NCBI GenBank assembly: GCA_944390015.1
Contig: CALXOL010000013.1
Coordinates: 16,727-80,726, forward strand
Length of the DNA: 64,000 nt
Direction of reading: 5' to 3'
From: an uncultured Spirochaetaceae bacterium
GTDB taxonomy: Bacteria > Spirochaetota > Spirochaetia > Sphaerochaetales > Sphaerochaetaceae
The position numbers and the translations under genes were made by a program. The notes beneath the pieces are model-generated. The model did no database searches. It was not told the origin of the DNA and saw only the letters and a list, made by a program, of their open reading frames with translations. This document shows, piece after piece, positions 1 to 9,235 of this stretch (position 1 is its first letter; every line of letters starts with the position of its first letter).

Positions 1-1268
1 CGCTCCATAAGATTTTCAATAGATATATCCTCAAGACCCTTAATACCATTATCCTCGAGCTCCTGAGCCACAGCCTCTCCCATCGTCCGTATATCCTCCC
101 TCTCCTTTCTCTCGCTTCCATAGAGGATATGCAGTACTTCCTTCAGATAGATCTTATCAAGAGGAAGAGCCGGAATAAACGCCGTTCTCTGAGTATTAAC
201 AGCCATGATTATCTTACCATCCTCAAGGCAGTTAACATATCCGTATAGGCGGCTTGAGGGAACGGCAAGCTTTCTTACCAATTCCTTTTCCGTAGTCGCA
301 CCACCACCGGAGCGGTATTTATCAGCAACTATGAGTACGAGGTTTATCCCCTCGCTGATCTGGGAGAGCGGGCTTTCCGGACGGCCTTTTATAAGCCCTT
401 TATCGGGACGGAACTGATGAACATATGTAATCTCCGCAGAGACCATGATTATGTACCAGAAAAGATAAAAGTAAATCAGAAGGAATAAGATGGATGCGAT
501 TGATCCATAAATCACGGAGTAATTGACCGAACCAACTATGATCCGTTTAAAAACCTCAGTAGAAATCAAAATGAAGAAGAGCCCCGTCAATGAACCTACA
601 AAAGCACTTGAAAATCTGATTTTAGCATTTGGCAGGAAGAATATGAGAGAGAATATTCCAATCCAGAGCATGGATGCCATTAGTACCTTCTCCCAGAAAT
701 TGGAAGAGGCTATCACGAACGTGTTCAGGCGAACACTAGCTACAATCGTACGCTCGACCCTTCCCTGAATTGAGAGAAAGACCACGATCAGGAGAGCAGC
801 TACGATTAAAAGCGTAAGGAAGGTGGTAAACCGCTTTAACGTGCCGGATTTCGGCTGCGTACGGAATATTCTGTTCATGACAGTATAGACTTTATTTATA
901 AGAAGTATGCTGGTAATGAGGAATGAAATTATACCGAATACCCCGAGGCTCAACGCATTACCCGTATACGTCTCAATAAGAGCCGCAATCTCATGTCCGG
1001 TCTCCTCTCCGAGGGTCTCCACCAGGAATGCGGTAAGAATCTCAATGAAGGTCTGCAACACTCCGAATACGGAGAGGAAAGCAAAAAGGAATGTAATGCA
1101 GGGTATTATTGCGATAAGCGTGGAATAGACCATGCCAGAGGCAAGTATGTTCACATTGTCCCTCGATATCCTAGTATAAGAAAGTACAAGGACTTTTACA
1201 TAATCCTTCCACCATTCCGCTAGAGCCTGGCATCTTGCCATGAATTTCGAGAGCGATGCTCCTTTCAT
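1..1268 (-). CDS. YihY/BrkB-family (ribonuclease BN-like) integral membrane protein with a C-terminal soluble extension; the 3' end runs off the window
   Basis: Absent from the ORF track because no stop lies inside the window. Manual minus-strand translation from ATG 1268 is uninterrupted: MKGASLSKFMARCQALAEWWKDYVKVLVLSYTRISRDNVNILASGMVYSTLIAIIPCITFLFAFLSVFGVLQTFIEILTAFLVETLGEETGHEIAALIETYTGNALSLGVFGIISFLITSILL... This is a typical YihY N-terminus with multiple hydrophobic helices. The + strand ORFs listed at 205-1223 are its shadows. Confidence 0.7.
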   Translation of the reverse strand, partial: MKGASLSKFMARCQALAEWWKDYVKVLVLSYTRISRDNVNILASGMVYSTLIAIIPCITFLFAFLSVFGVLQTFIEILTAFLVETLGEETGHEIAALIETYTGNALSLGVFGIISFLITSILLINKVYTVMNRIFRTQPKSGTLKRFTTFLTLLIVAALLIVVFLSIQGRVERTIVASVRLNTFVIASSNFWEKVLMASMLWIGIFSLIFFLPNAKIRFSSAFVGSLTGLFFILISTEVFKRIIVGSVNYSVIYGSIASILFLLIYFYLFWYIIMVSAEITYVHQFRPDKGLIKGRPESPLSQISEGINLVLIVADKYRSGGGATTEKELVRKLAVPSSRLYGYVNCLEDGKIIMAVNTQRTAFIPALPLDKIYLKEVLHILYGSERKEREDIRTMGEAVAQELEDNGIKGLEDISIENLME

Positions 1269-1304
1269 ATATCTTCTTCGTCTCCCCGTCTGGATACAGC
1301 ACCC

Positions 1305-2216
1305 TTATTTCATGCTGCCATCATAAAAGGCAACGATATCCTGATACACTTCATCTTTGTTTATTTCATTAAGAATTTCGTGCCTTCCACCATCATATAA
1401 CTTCAACTGGACATTTTCAATTCCAGCATTCTTATAAAGGGAATATACCTTCCTTACCCCCTTGGAATACCCTCCCACGGGATCATCTGATCCACTTATG
1501 ATAAAAACAGGAAGACTCTTTCTTACCTTTTTCACCTCATTAGCGTTATTTGCCTGATTTGAAAGCTCGATCAAATCATCATAGAATTTTGAAGAGCATA
1601 CAAAGCCACAGAACGGATCCTTTTCGTATTTTTCCACTTCCTTTCTGTCTCTGGAAAGCCATGCGAATTTCCCTTCCCCTTTGAACCGTTTGGAATAAGA
1701 TGAGAATGCAAGCTTATCAAGATCGGGATCTCTCATTTTCGAATTCCATTTCTTCACATGGCTTCTTGCAAGCATCTGTCCGATCCTGCCAAGCAGCCCC
1801 TGATGAGAGCCGGTACCGCATATGACTACGGCATCATAATCCTCGCTATGCCTTGCCATGGATATCCTTGTAATGAACGATCCCATGGAGTGCCCGAAAA
1901 GGAAATGCGGGATTTCGGGATAATCCTCCATTATCTTCTCATCTATGCTGAAAGCATCATCGACCACGATGGACCATCCATCCTGATGGGAGAACCACCC
2001 CTTCTCATCCTCTTCCGCAGTCCTACCATGGCCCCTATGGTCCTGCGCGTACACAACATAACCATGGCTGTTTAGAAAGCGAGCGAAATCATCGTATCTG
2101 TAACTATGCTCAGCCATACCATGGTTTATATGCACACTTGCCTTAGGGTTATCCACCTCCCAGATGCGATAAAACAAACGATGCCCATCCTTCATAGTCA
2201 GTTGTCTTTCTTTCAT
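1305..2216 (-). CDS. alpha/beta hydrolase, lysophospholipase / monoacylglycerol-lipase-like
   Basis: 303 aa. Nucleophile elbow GHSMGS, HGMAEH oxyanion-type motif, C-terminal DGGRHE (catalytic His region). Confidence 0.8.
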   Translation of the reverse strand: MKERQLTMKDGHRLFYRIWEVDNPKASVHINHGMAEHSYRYDDFARFLNSHGYVVYAQDHRGHGRTAEEDEKGWFSHQDGWSIVVDDAFSIDEKIMEDYPEIPHFLFGHSMGSFITRISMARHSEDYDAVVICGTGSHQGLLGRIGQMLARSHVKKWNSKMRDPDLDKLAFSSYSKRFKGEGKFAWLSRDRKEVEKYEKDPFCGFVCSSKFYDDLIELSNQANNANEVKKVRKSLPVFIISGSDDPVGGYSKGVRKVYSLYKNAGIENVQLKLYDGGRHEILNEINKDEVYQDIVAFYDGSMK

Positions 2217-2307
2217 ATGATCCTCTTAGAAAAAGATAACACAGCAAGATTCAAAAGTCATTTTTAAATTTGACATTTTACCTTGCAATCATCCTATAAT
2301 CTGGATT

Positions 2308-2799
2308 ATGACTTACCTGATCTGCTCTGACATACATGGAGATGAGAAAGCATTCAAACAACTGCTCAGAATCAAAGGGAAACTAGGACTTGACGGGATT
2401 ATCTCAGCTGGTGATTTCTGCCCGACAATGAGCATGGAAGCCGATGCATATAACATGGATTTCAAGACGGTGGCGGGAAACTGCGACCGCTATTGCACGT
2501 ACTCACTCCTTCCAGATCCTAAGAACTTCATATCCTTCGAGCATTACGGAAGGAAGGTTATCGTAACACACGGGGATCATTATCTTCCTTCAATGTTTGA
2601 TTTAAAGGAAGGAGATATCTTCATCTCAGGACATACGCATATCGGATACTTAGAAAAAGAGAATGGGATAATACTTTTCAATCCCGGCTCCCCAAGTCGT
2701 CCAAGGGACGGGAGAAAAAGTTTTGGGATACTCGAAGAGAAAAAACTATCGCTTCTCTCCCTTCCTTTTCTTAGGCCGGTTAAGGTACTTGAGCTCTAA
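2308..2799 (+). CDS. YfcE/MJ0936-family metallophosphoesterase
   Basis: 163 aa with the calcineurin-like motif series DIHGD, GDF, GNCD, THGD, GHTH. Confidence 0.8.
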   Translation: MTYLICSDIHGDEKAFKQLLRIKGKLGLDGIISAGDFCPTMSMEADAYNMDFKTVAGNCDRYCTYSLLPDPKNFISFEHYGRKVIVTHGDHYLPSMFDLKEGDIFISGHTHIGYLEKENGIILFNPGSPSRPRDGRKSFGILEEKKLSLLSLPFLRPVKVLEL

Positions 2800-4287
2800 C
2801 CTCCTCTTCTCTCTTTTATAGAAACCAATCAGCCTAGTGGGATTTACCGTACTCTTTTCATTGTCAGAGGATGAAGTGTAGATAAAATGCTCGTCAACAG
2901 TATTCTCCTCCTCTCCAATCATATTGATTATCTCAAGTCCTTCTCTTATGAGAAGAGATGCATCCAAATCAAAGAATGATACATGTTCCAGATATGCCCT
3001 TACCAATAATGGATGGGAATAAAAAAATGATGGCATTGATGCAACATATGCGGCATATGCACCTTTTACAGGAAGACCTCTTGAGGAGAGGGAAAAACGA
3101 TATATACGCTCAAAAACGGCAAGGATCGCACAAACCCTCTCATCAGTAATCTTTCGTGGAGCATACATGGAATAATATGGAAGAGCTGTATCTCCGAGAA
3201 TCAAAAAGAGGGCGGCCTCCCCGGATCCCCGGATATCAAGAAGTGGGGATATCCCTCCGATCTTATACTTTCCATACTCTCTTCCATCATATTTACCGCA
3301 GGCTCTAAGCTTATCCTCAAATGATAGATTTCCTTCTGCCAGTATCGCCCCGGCCTCCACGCACTCAATTCCCGCTTCAGTAACCGCATTTGCAAGCAGC
3401 ATGACACGCTCTGATGAGAATATGTCCTGCATAGTTCCCAGAGCTGCCATCTGAGAGAATGTCGGGCTGTCGCTTCCATCCTGCAATACCCTCTTACAGG
3501 ATACAGGGCAATCGGTACAAGAGGAACTGTAAGCACCATATTTCCCTTTCAGGTATGAGCCGTCAAGAAAAAGAGTCCTAGCATCATGCCGTCTGGAAAA
3601 ATCCGCAAATGGAAGCATCGCATTCCGCTCTGCGTTGTTCAACCAGAACGTATCGCTCTCTCTTTTCATAATCCGGGCAAAGGAGGATCTCTCAAGCTCC
3701 CTTAAATACTTTCTCCCCTCATCACTTTCTTTTCTCTTTGGTAAATATGACTGGAACACAAGTCCCTTAAGATTAAGAGAAGCGAAGGCATGCCCAAAAC
3801 CTCCCCTCCCGATTTCAAATCCATCCTCATAAAGCGCTGAGCACTTTATTCCCCGATCCGCAGCGCATCCGGTTGCAAGGACTATATCTGACTCTTTCTG
3901 CTTTACAGCATCTTTGAAAGTCGAAAAGGAGGAGAGCTTCAGACTCTCACATTCTCGAACGCTTATTGAATCTCCCCTAACGGAGATATAACTCAGCCTA
4001 TCTGCTCTTCCGGATAGTACAAGCGCCGTATAGCCGAAACTATAAAGAACGAAGCCGAATAATGAGTTTGAATAGCCATAAACGATTTTCTCCTTTAAAG
4101 GGGAATAGAAGGCATGGCATGTGGATGAGGCACCTCGGAACTTAAGATCATCCGCAAGTATGGAGGTAAAAGCAATCCTGTCGCTCTTACCATCCATAAG
4201 CTCGTGTAATAAAAGATATCCACTCTCTGTCTTATCCCTGAGAGCTTTAACCTCGTTATTCTCAAGATCTATATAAAGTATGCTCAT
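2746..4287 (-). CDS. aldehyde:ferredoxin oxidoreductase (AOR)-family protein
   Basis: N-terminal AOR-like domain followed by a CxxCxxxC cluster motif (CTDCPVSC). The track ORF starts at a TTG (4344); I prefer the ATG at 4287 (MSILYIDLENN). The 3' end overlaps the convergent gene by 54 nt. Confidence 0.55.
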   Translation of the reverse strand: MSILYIDLENNEVKALRDKTESGYLLLHELMDGKSDRIAFTSILADDLKFRGASSTCHAFYSPLKEKIVYGYSNSLFGFVLYSFGYTALVLSGRADRLSYISVRGDSISVRECESLKLSSFSTFKDAVKQKESDIVLATGCAADRGIKCSALYEDGFEIGRGGFGHAFASLNLKGLVFQSYLPKRKESDEGRKYLRELERSSFARIMKRESDTFWLNNAERNAMLPFADFSRRHDARTLFLDGSYLKGKYGAYSSSCTDCPVSCKRVLQDGSDSPTFSQMAALGTMQDIFSSERVMLLANAVTEAGIECVEAGAILAEGNLSFEDKLRACGKYDGREYGKYKIGGISPLLDIRGSGEAALFLILGDTALPYYSMYAPRKITDERVCAILAVFERIYRFSLSSRGLPVKGAYAAYVASMPSFFYSHPLLVRAYLEHVSFFDLDASLLIREGLEIINMIGEEENTVDEHFIYTSSSDNEKSTVNPTRLIGFYKREKRRLELKYLNRPKKRKGEKR

Positions 4288-4388
4288 CCTATCGTCGATT
4301 ATACAATCTAGAGAGGATTCATGCCATCTTCTGGGGAAAAACAATTGAAAAATTCGACATATAGCACTTTTGCTGTTATTCTTCTTTT

Positions 4389-6041
4389 ATGAACGAGATA
4401 AATATCGTAATCGACGGTAAGAAGAAAAAAGTACCTTTTTTAAGTGAATATAAGGATGTTCTGAACTGCGGTAATTCCTGCTATGAGGACAATCCCATAG
4501 TTGGAGTCCTGGTAAACGGCAAGCTCTCATCCCTTTCTGAGAGAATCGACGGTGATTCAGAGATAGAGAGCATCCACCTGTTCTCCCCACTGGGAAAAAG
4601 AATCTACAGAAAGAGCCTCTGCCTTCTTCTCTCCTACGCATCAAGTCTTGTATACCCGAAACGGCAGCTTGTCATAGGACATAGCCTCGGTGATGGATAT
4701 TTCTTCCGCTATGAAGATGGATGGAAGGCAGATGTCTGCGTACTTGCAGAGAAGATGAAGGACATAGCGAAAGAAAAAACCAGTATAGAACGAGTACGGC
4801 TCAGCCATGAGAGCGCACTTAAATATGCCGAAGAGAGTGCTCAGAAAGAGACTGCTGTACTTCTCGAATCGATTAATGAAAACGGGTACGACTTCGTAAG
4901 ATGCGGCAGTTATTACCAGCTGTATACGGAACCAGTCCTCCCTGACTTCTCCATTGTCACACTCTGGGAGCTGAGAGAGTATTCAGATGGACTGCTTTTA
5001 AGATACCCCCAGTCCAGATCAATAGGGAAAATCATGCCGTTTATGGACAATCCTCTACTTTTTTCGGTATTTGAGGAGAGCAGGAGGAATGAAGAGATAA
5101 TCTCCATACGCTCCATAGGAGAGCTTAATGACAGCATCGCAAAAAACACAATCGGACGTGACATACTTCTGATGGAAGCTCAGCAGAGAAGGAAAATCAT
5201 AAAGATAGCAGATATGATACTAGAGAGGGAAAAAGTCCGCATGATATTCATCGCAGGGCCATCATCCTCAGGAAAGACGACATTCAGCCTGAGGCTCTCA
5301 GACGAGCTGAGAATAATGGGCAAAAAAGCAATAAAAATCAGTCTTGATGACTACTACAAACCAAGATGCCAAGTACCTAAGGATGAGAGCGGGGACTACG
5401 ACTATGAGGTTCTTGAAGCGCTGAATCTCGATCTTTTCAGATCTCAGATAAAAGAGCTGTTAAGTGGAAAAGAAGTTCACCTTCCATCTTTCTCTTTCAT
5501 AAAGCAGGAGACCGTGTTCAGCCAGGAGGGATATTCGATGGATGAGGATACATACCTTGTGATAGAAGGTATCCATGGCCTGAATCCTAAACTGCTGAGC
5601 GACATAGATCCTTCCCTTTCCTTCAAGATATACATCTCGGCACTCACCCTTTTAAATCTTGACTCGAATACGAGAATCAGTACGACTGACAACAGAATCA
5701 TTAGACGCATGGTACGTGATAACAGGACAAGAGGGTTTGATGCAGTAGAGACGTTATCGAGATGGCCAAGTGTGGAAAGAGGAGAGAAAAACCACATCTT
5801 CCCATACCAGAATAATGCGGATGTCATGATAAACAGTGCATTGGATTATGAGCTTGCAATCCTTGCACCTAAAGCCGTACCGCTTTTAAGGATGGTAAGA
5901 AAGAGCAATAAGGATGCATATCCAAGTGCTCAGAGGCTGCTCTCATTCCTGAGCTTCCTTTCCCCTGCCGACCAGAGTCTCGTGCCATCTGATTCGATTC
6001 TCAGGGAGTTCATAGGATCCAGCGTATACACCTCTACGTGA
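4389..6041 (+). CDS. uridine kinase/phosphoribulokinase-family nucleoside kinase with a long N-terminal (TGS-like) extension
   Basis: 550 aa. P-loop IFIAGPSSSGKTTF in the C-terminal half, followed by the DDYY and IEGIHGLNP motifs typical of the Udk/PRK family. Confidence 0.7.
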   Translation: MNEINIVIDGKKKKVPFLSEYKDVLNCGNSCYEDNPIVGVLVNGKLSSLSERIDGDSEIESIHLFSPLGKRIYRKSLCLLLSYASSLVYPKRQLVIGHSLGDGYFFRYEDGWKADVCVLAEKMKDIAKEKTSIERVRLSHESALKYAEESAQKETAVLLESINENGYDFVRCGSYYQLYTEPVLPDFSIVTLWELREYSDGLLLRYPQSRSIGKIMPFMDNPLLFSVFEESRRNEEIISIRSIGELNDSIAKNTIGRDILLMEAQQRRKIIKIADMILEREKVRMIFIAGPSSSGKTTFSLRLSDELRIMGKKAIKISLDDYYKPRCQVPKDESGDYDYEVLEALNLDLFRSQIKELLSGKEVHLPSFSFIKQETVFSQEGYSMDEDTYLVIEGIHGLNPKLLSDIDPSLSFKIYISALTLLNLDSNTRISTTDNRIIRRMVRDNRTRGFDAVETLSRWPSVERGEKNHIFPYQNNADVMINSALDYELAILAPKAVPLLRMVRKSNKDAYPSAQRLLSFLSFLSPADQSLVPSDSILREFIGSSVYTST

Positions 6042-6351
6042 AACTCTCCTTGATGATGCCCATGTCTATGAGAAAATCAGGATTGGCTTTCATCATGTTC
6101 ATAAGTCTTAATGCAGGGCCTGACGGCTTATTCGTGCCAGCCTCCCAGGCCTCAAGCGTCTTATTGCTTATTCCCAAAACAGAAGAAAAAACAGAGATGG
6201 AGAGCTTAAGGCTCTTTCTCAGAGTCTTAATATCCTCTGCAGTCATATTTTTGAGTGGATTAACGCTCAAGGAGTGATTCCGCTTTGAAACCACTCCATT
6301 CTTTTTAGGGTAAAGCGCATCCTTAACCGCTTCCTTGTAGATGGAAACCAT
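6034..6351 (-). CDS. small XRE-type HTH protein of the MqsA/HigA2-antitoxin-like kind
   Basis: 105 aa. C-terminal IKTLRKSLKLSISVFSSVLGISNKTLEAWEAGTNKPSGPALRLMNMMKANPDFL matches the HTH-plus-PxGxAxxLL tail pattern of MqsA/HigA2-type antitoxins. The start lies 2 nt after the nifU stop. Confidence 0.6.
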   Translation of the reverse strand: MVSIYKEAVKDALYPKKNGVVSKRNHSLSVNPLKNMTAEDIKTLRKSLKLSISVFSSVLGISNKTLEAWEAGTNKPSGPALRLMNMMKANPDFLIDMGIIKESFT

Positions 6352-6353
6352 TT

Positions 6354-6971
6354 TTACTTGTTATAGATATGGAGAAGCTCTGCAAGTTCCGCGGCAATCC
6401 TCTCCCGGCACTTACCACATCCGGTGGTAGCACCTGTCTGGGCGATAAGATCATCAAGAGTCCTGACCTTGTCATTCTTCACAAGCTCCTCAATCATCTG
6501 ATCGGTAACACCCTTACATTCACAGATGATTTTCGCAGTAGTGGCCTTATACGGGTTATCCATATGATTCTTCTCGAGATAATCATCTATTGCGGCTCTT
6601 AAAGCCTTGTCTCCGAGAACGGAGCAATGGAACTTATGCTCAGGAAGACCGCCAAGGGAGTCCATTATCTGCTTGGGAGAGAGATGATAGGCATCCTCAA
6701 GACTCATTCCTATTGCCATCTCACTCATCATCGACGTACTGGCAATTGCGGAGGCACAACCGTATGTAAGCCATCTCAGGTCGGCAATCTTGCCATCTTT
6801 TACCTTGATGCCAACCCTCATCTGGTCTCCACATGCGAGAGAACCGACTTCACCAACACCATCTGGAATGAAGTCCTCTCCCTCTTTCCATATGTTCCTA
6901 GGATTCATGAAATGATCCTTTACCGTATCCGTATAAACCCATTCAGCGAAAAAACTGCTTGCCATGATCAA
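6354..6971 (-). CDS. nifU: NifU-type Fe-S cluster scaffold (IscU-like N domain plus BFD-like [2Fe-2S] domain)
   Basis: 205 aa. GSLACGD, YGCASAIASTS and HCSVL scaffold cysteines, plus C-terminal CECKGV...GCGKC. Confidence 0.85.
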   Translation of the reverse strand: MIMASSFFAEWVYTDTVKDHFMNPRNIWKEGEDFIPDGVGEVGSLACGDQMRVGIKVKDGKIADLRWLTYGCASAIASTSMMSEMAIGMSLEDAYHLSPKQIMDSLGGLPEHKFHCSVLGDKALRAAIDDYLEKNHMDNPYKATTAKIICECKGVTDQMIEELVKNDKVRTLDDLIAQTGATTGCGKCRERIAAELAELLHIYNK

Positions 6972-8140
6972 ACCTTCCTTGTGCTCATCTCTCGTATCTT
7001 CTTGATAATCGGAGGAAGCTTCTCGAGCACGATATCCACCTCTTCCATCGTATTATATCTGCCAAAAGAGAATCTTATCGAACCGTGTGCCAGCTCGATA
7101 TCGAGGCCAGATGCCAAAAGCACATAACTCGGCTCAAGAGAACCGGAGGCGCATGCACTTCCCGTAGAGACCTCTATTCCTTCGAGATCCAGATAGAGCA
7201 GAATGCTCTCCCCCTCAGCAGAAGAGAAAGAGACATCGAGAGTTCCTGGAAGCGCACTCTCATAATCATCAGATCCGTTGAAAACAACTCCATCAATCCG
7301 CTCTTCTATTCCCTTTTTAAGCGCACATCTGAGCGACCACAGATATTCCCTTTCTTCTTTTACAGAAAGGCGTGCAAGCTCTGCGGCCTTTCCAAGCCCT
7401 ATGATTGACTGCGTGTTATATGTGCCTGCCCTCTCTCCACCTTCCTGATGGCCTCCATGAAGGAGAGGAGTGCGAGGGACACCACGCCTAATATAAAGGG
7501 CTCCAACCCCCTTCGGACCATAGAACTTATGAGCTGAAAGCGTCAGATAGTCAACATCAAGATCATTGACATCTACTTCGATTTTTCCAATCGCCTGTGT
7601 CGCATCGGTGTGCATGTACGCACCATATCTTCTTGCTATCCTGCTTACTTCCTTTACAGGCTGTATGACCCCGGACTCGTTATTGCCAAGCATAACGGAG
7701 ACCAGAATCACATCATCTGAAATCAAGGCCTCAAGTGCGTTCAAATCTATCATGCCGACACTATCAACGGGTATGTAATCTATCTTATATCCTTTTTTCT
7801 TCAGATATTTCGCAGTCTCTATGCTCGCAGGATGTTCTACAGTCGAAAGCAGAATCCTATCTTTCTTGCTTCCATCATCGATAAGATCCCTGAAAGTATT
7901 GAAAACCGTATTATTCCCTTCTGTGGAACCGGAGATGAAGAAGATCTCATTTTCATAAGAGGCTCCGATAAGGCTCTTCACTTCCCTGCGCGCCCATGAT
8001 ATCGCACTTTCTGCCATACGCCCCATGGCGTGCATGCTTGAAGCATTACCGTAAAGGTCCTCATTTTCCCTCATTATCTGCTTAACCTCAGGGGCCATCT
8101 GAGTTGTCGCATTGTTATCAAGATATATATATTTACCCAT
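6968..8140 (-). CDS. nifS: cysteine desulfurase NifS
   Basis: 390 aa. IYLDNNATT start, PLP-lysine motif SAHKFYGPKG, active-site loop STGSACAS. Overlaps nifU by 4 nt. Confidence 0.9.
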   Translation of the reverse strand: MGKYIYLDNNATTQMAPEVKQIMRENEDLYGNASSMHAMGRMAESAISWARREVKSLIGASYENEIFFISGSTEGNNTVFNTFRDLIDDGSKKDRILLSTVEHPASIETAKYLKKKGYKIDYIPVDSVGMIDLNALEALISDDVILVSVMLGNNESGVIQPVKEVSRIARRYGAYMHTDATQAIGKIEVDVNDLDVDYLTLSAHKFYGPKGVGALYIRRGVPRTPLLHGGHQEGGERAGTYNTQSIIGLGKAAELARLSVKEEREYLWSLRCALKKGIEERIDGVVFNGSDDYESALPGTLDVSFSSAEGESILLYLDLEGIEVSTGSACASGSLEPSYVLLASGLDIELAHGSIRFSFGRYNTMEEVDIVLEKLPPIIKKIREMSTRKV

Positions 8141-8194
8141 AAGATTATCGTCCTTACCGATAATAAATTAGTATCATTCAATGATGTAGTCAAG

Positions 8195-8497
8195 TTAACG
8201 AGGCAATAAGTTTGAAGAGATTAACATCTCCCTTCTTCTTGCAAATCTCACATGATGCCTATATGCCCAAGCCACATATGCACATGTAGAGGGAAGATAA
8301 GGGGAGAAGGCAGCGCGAAAAGGACTTACCTTCATACAGCGTGGACACTTCTTAAACCTCTGGGAATATACTTTGCAGAGCCCTGTATCCTTATCATAGA
8401 ACTCACAGGATTCATCCAATATGATAAGAGTATCATCCTTAATCACCTTCTCATGACAGCAGAGTCCGCACCGCAGGCAGATATTCTCCCATGACAC
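8195..8497 (-). CDS. YkgJ-family (UPF0153) cysteine-cluster protein
   Basis: 100 aa. N-terminal CLRCGLCC motif plus further Cys pairs. Confidence 0.55.
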   Translation of the reverse strand: MSWENICLRCGLCCHEKVIKDDTLIILDESCEFYDKDTGLCKVYSQRFKKCPRCMKVSPFRAAFSPYLPSTCAYVAWAYRHHVRFARRREMLISSNLLPR

Positions 8498-9235
8498 TTA
8501 AAACACCTCTTTCAGTTTTTTAAATCCTTCGGGATTACTGTAGTTAAGAATGGATACCGATGAGACCGAGGCATAGCCCTCATTGCAGGCCTCCATGTCA
8601 TTAAGATACCCATCAACATGATAGTCGGCTCTCACGACATCCTCTATCTTCACAATGTCACTATCGCCCCTCTTTTCAGAGAGGATGACCTTATCAAGAT
8701 ACCTTACTTCTCCTGGAATCGTAAGACGCATCTCACCTGAGAAAGAAGGTGGGAAGTTTATATTCAGAAAGCTCCTGAGATCCAGCGAGGCATAAAGCTT
8801 CTCGAGGTTCCTGGCTATGAAATGGGCACACTCATGCATATCATAACCTTCAGAGGATACCGCAATCGCCTTCCAAGAGCAGAGTACCGCCTCACGTGCA
8901 GCACCGCACGTACCCGAGTATGTGATATCGGTTGCAAGGTTATAGCCTTTATTTATCCCAGATATCACAAGATCCGGATCATGGGGGAAAAGCCCCTCTT
9001 CATATCTTTTGGCATAAAGAATGCAGTCAACAGGAGTTCCATCCATCCAGTAATGGTTCTCCTTGATCCTTTTTATTTCCATCGCCCTGCCTATGGTCAT
9101 GGCATGGCTCATACCGCTCATCTGTTTCTTAGGGGCGCTTAACCATATCTCATGACCGTAAGATGAGAGCACATCCTCAAGCGCAGTTATCCCCTCTGCC
9201 TGATAGCCATCATCATTAACTAACAGAATCGTCAT
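8498..9235 (-). CDS. surE: 5'/3'-nucleotidase SurE
   Basis: 245 aa. ILLVNDDGYQAEGI N-terminus and SGINKGYNL motif. Confidence 0.85.
   Translation of the reverse strand: MTILLVNDDGYQAEGITALEDVLSSYGHEIWLSAPKKQMSGMSHAMTIGRAMEIKRIKENHYWMDGTPVDCILYAKRYEEGLFPHDPDLVISGINKGYNLATDITYSGTCGAAREAVLCSWKAIAVSSEGYDMHECAHFIARNLEKLYASLDLRSFLNINFPPSFSGEMRLTIPGEVRYLDKVILSEKRGDSDIVKIEDVVRADYHVDGYLNDMEACNEGYASVSSVSILNYSNPEGFKKLKEVF

Noticed and set aside
205-1223. Four + strand ORFs (70-81 aa) listed by the track at the left edge
   Set aside because: They lie antisense to a continuous minus-strand reading frame (1-1268) that encodes a convincing YihY-family membrane protein. The track omitted that frame only because its stop is outside the window.
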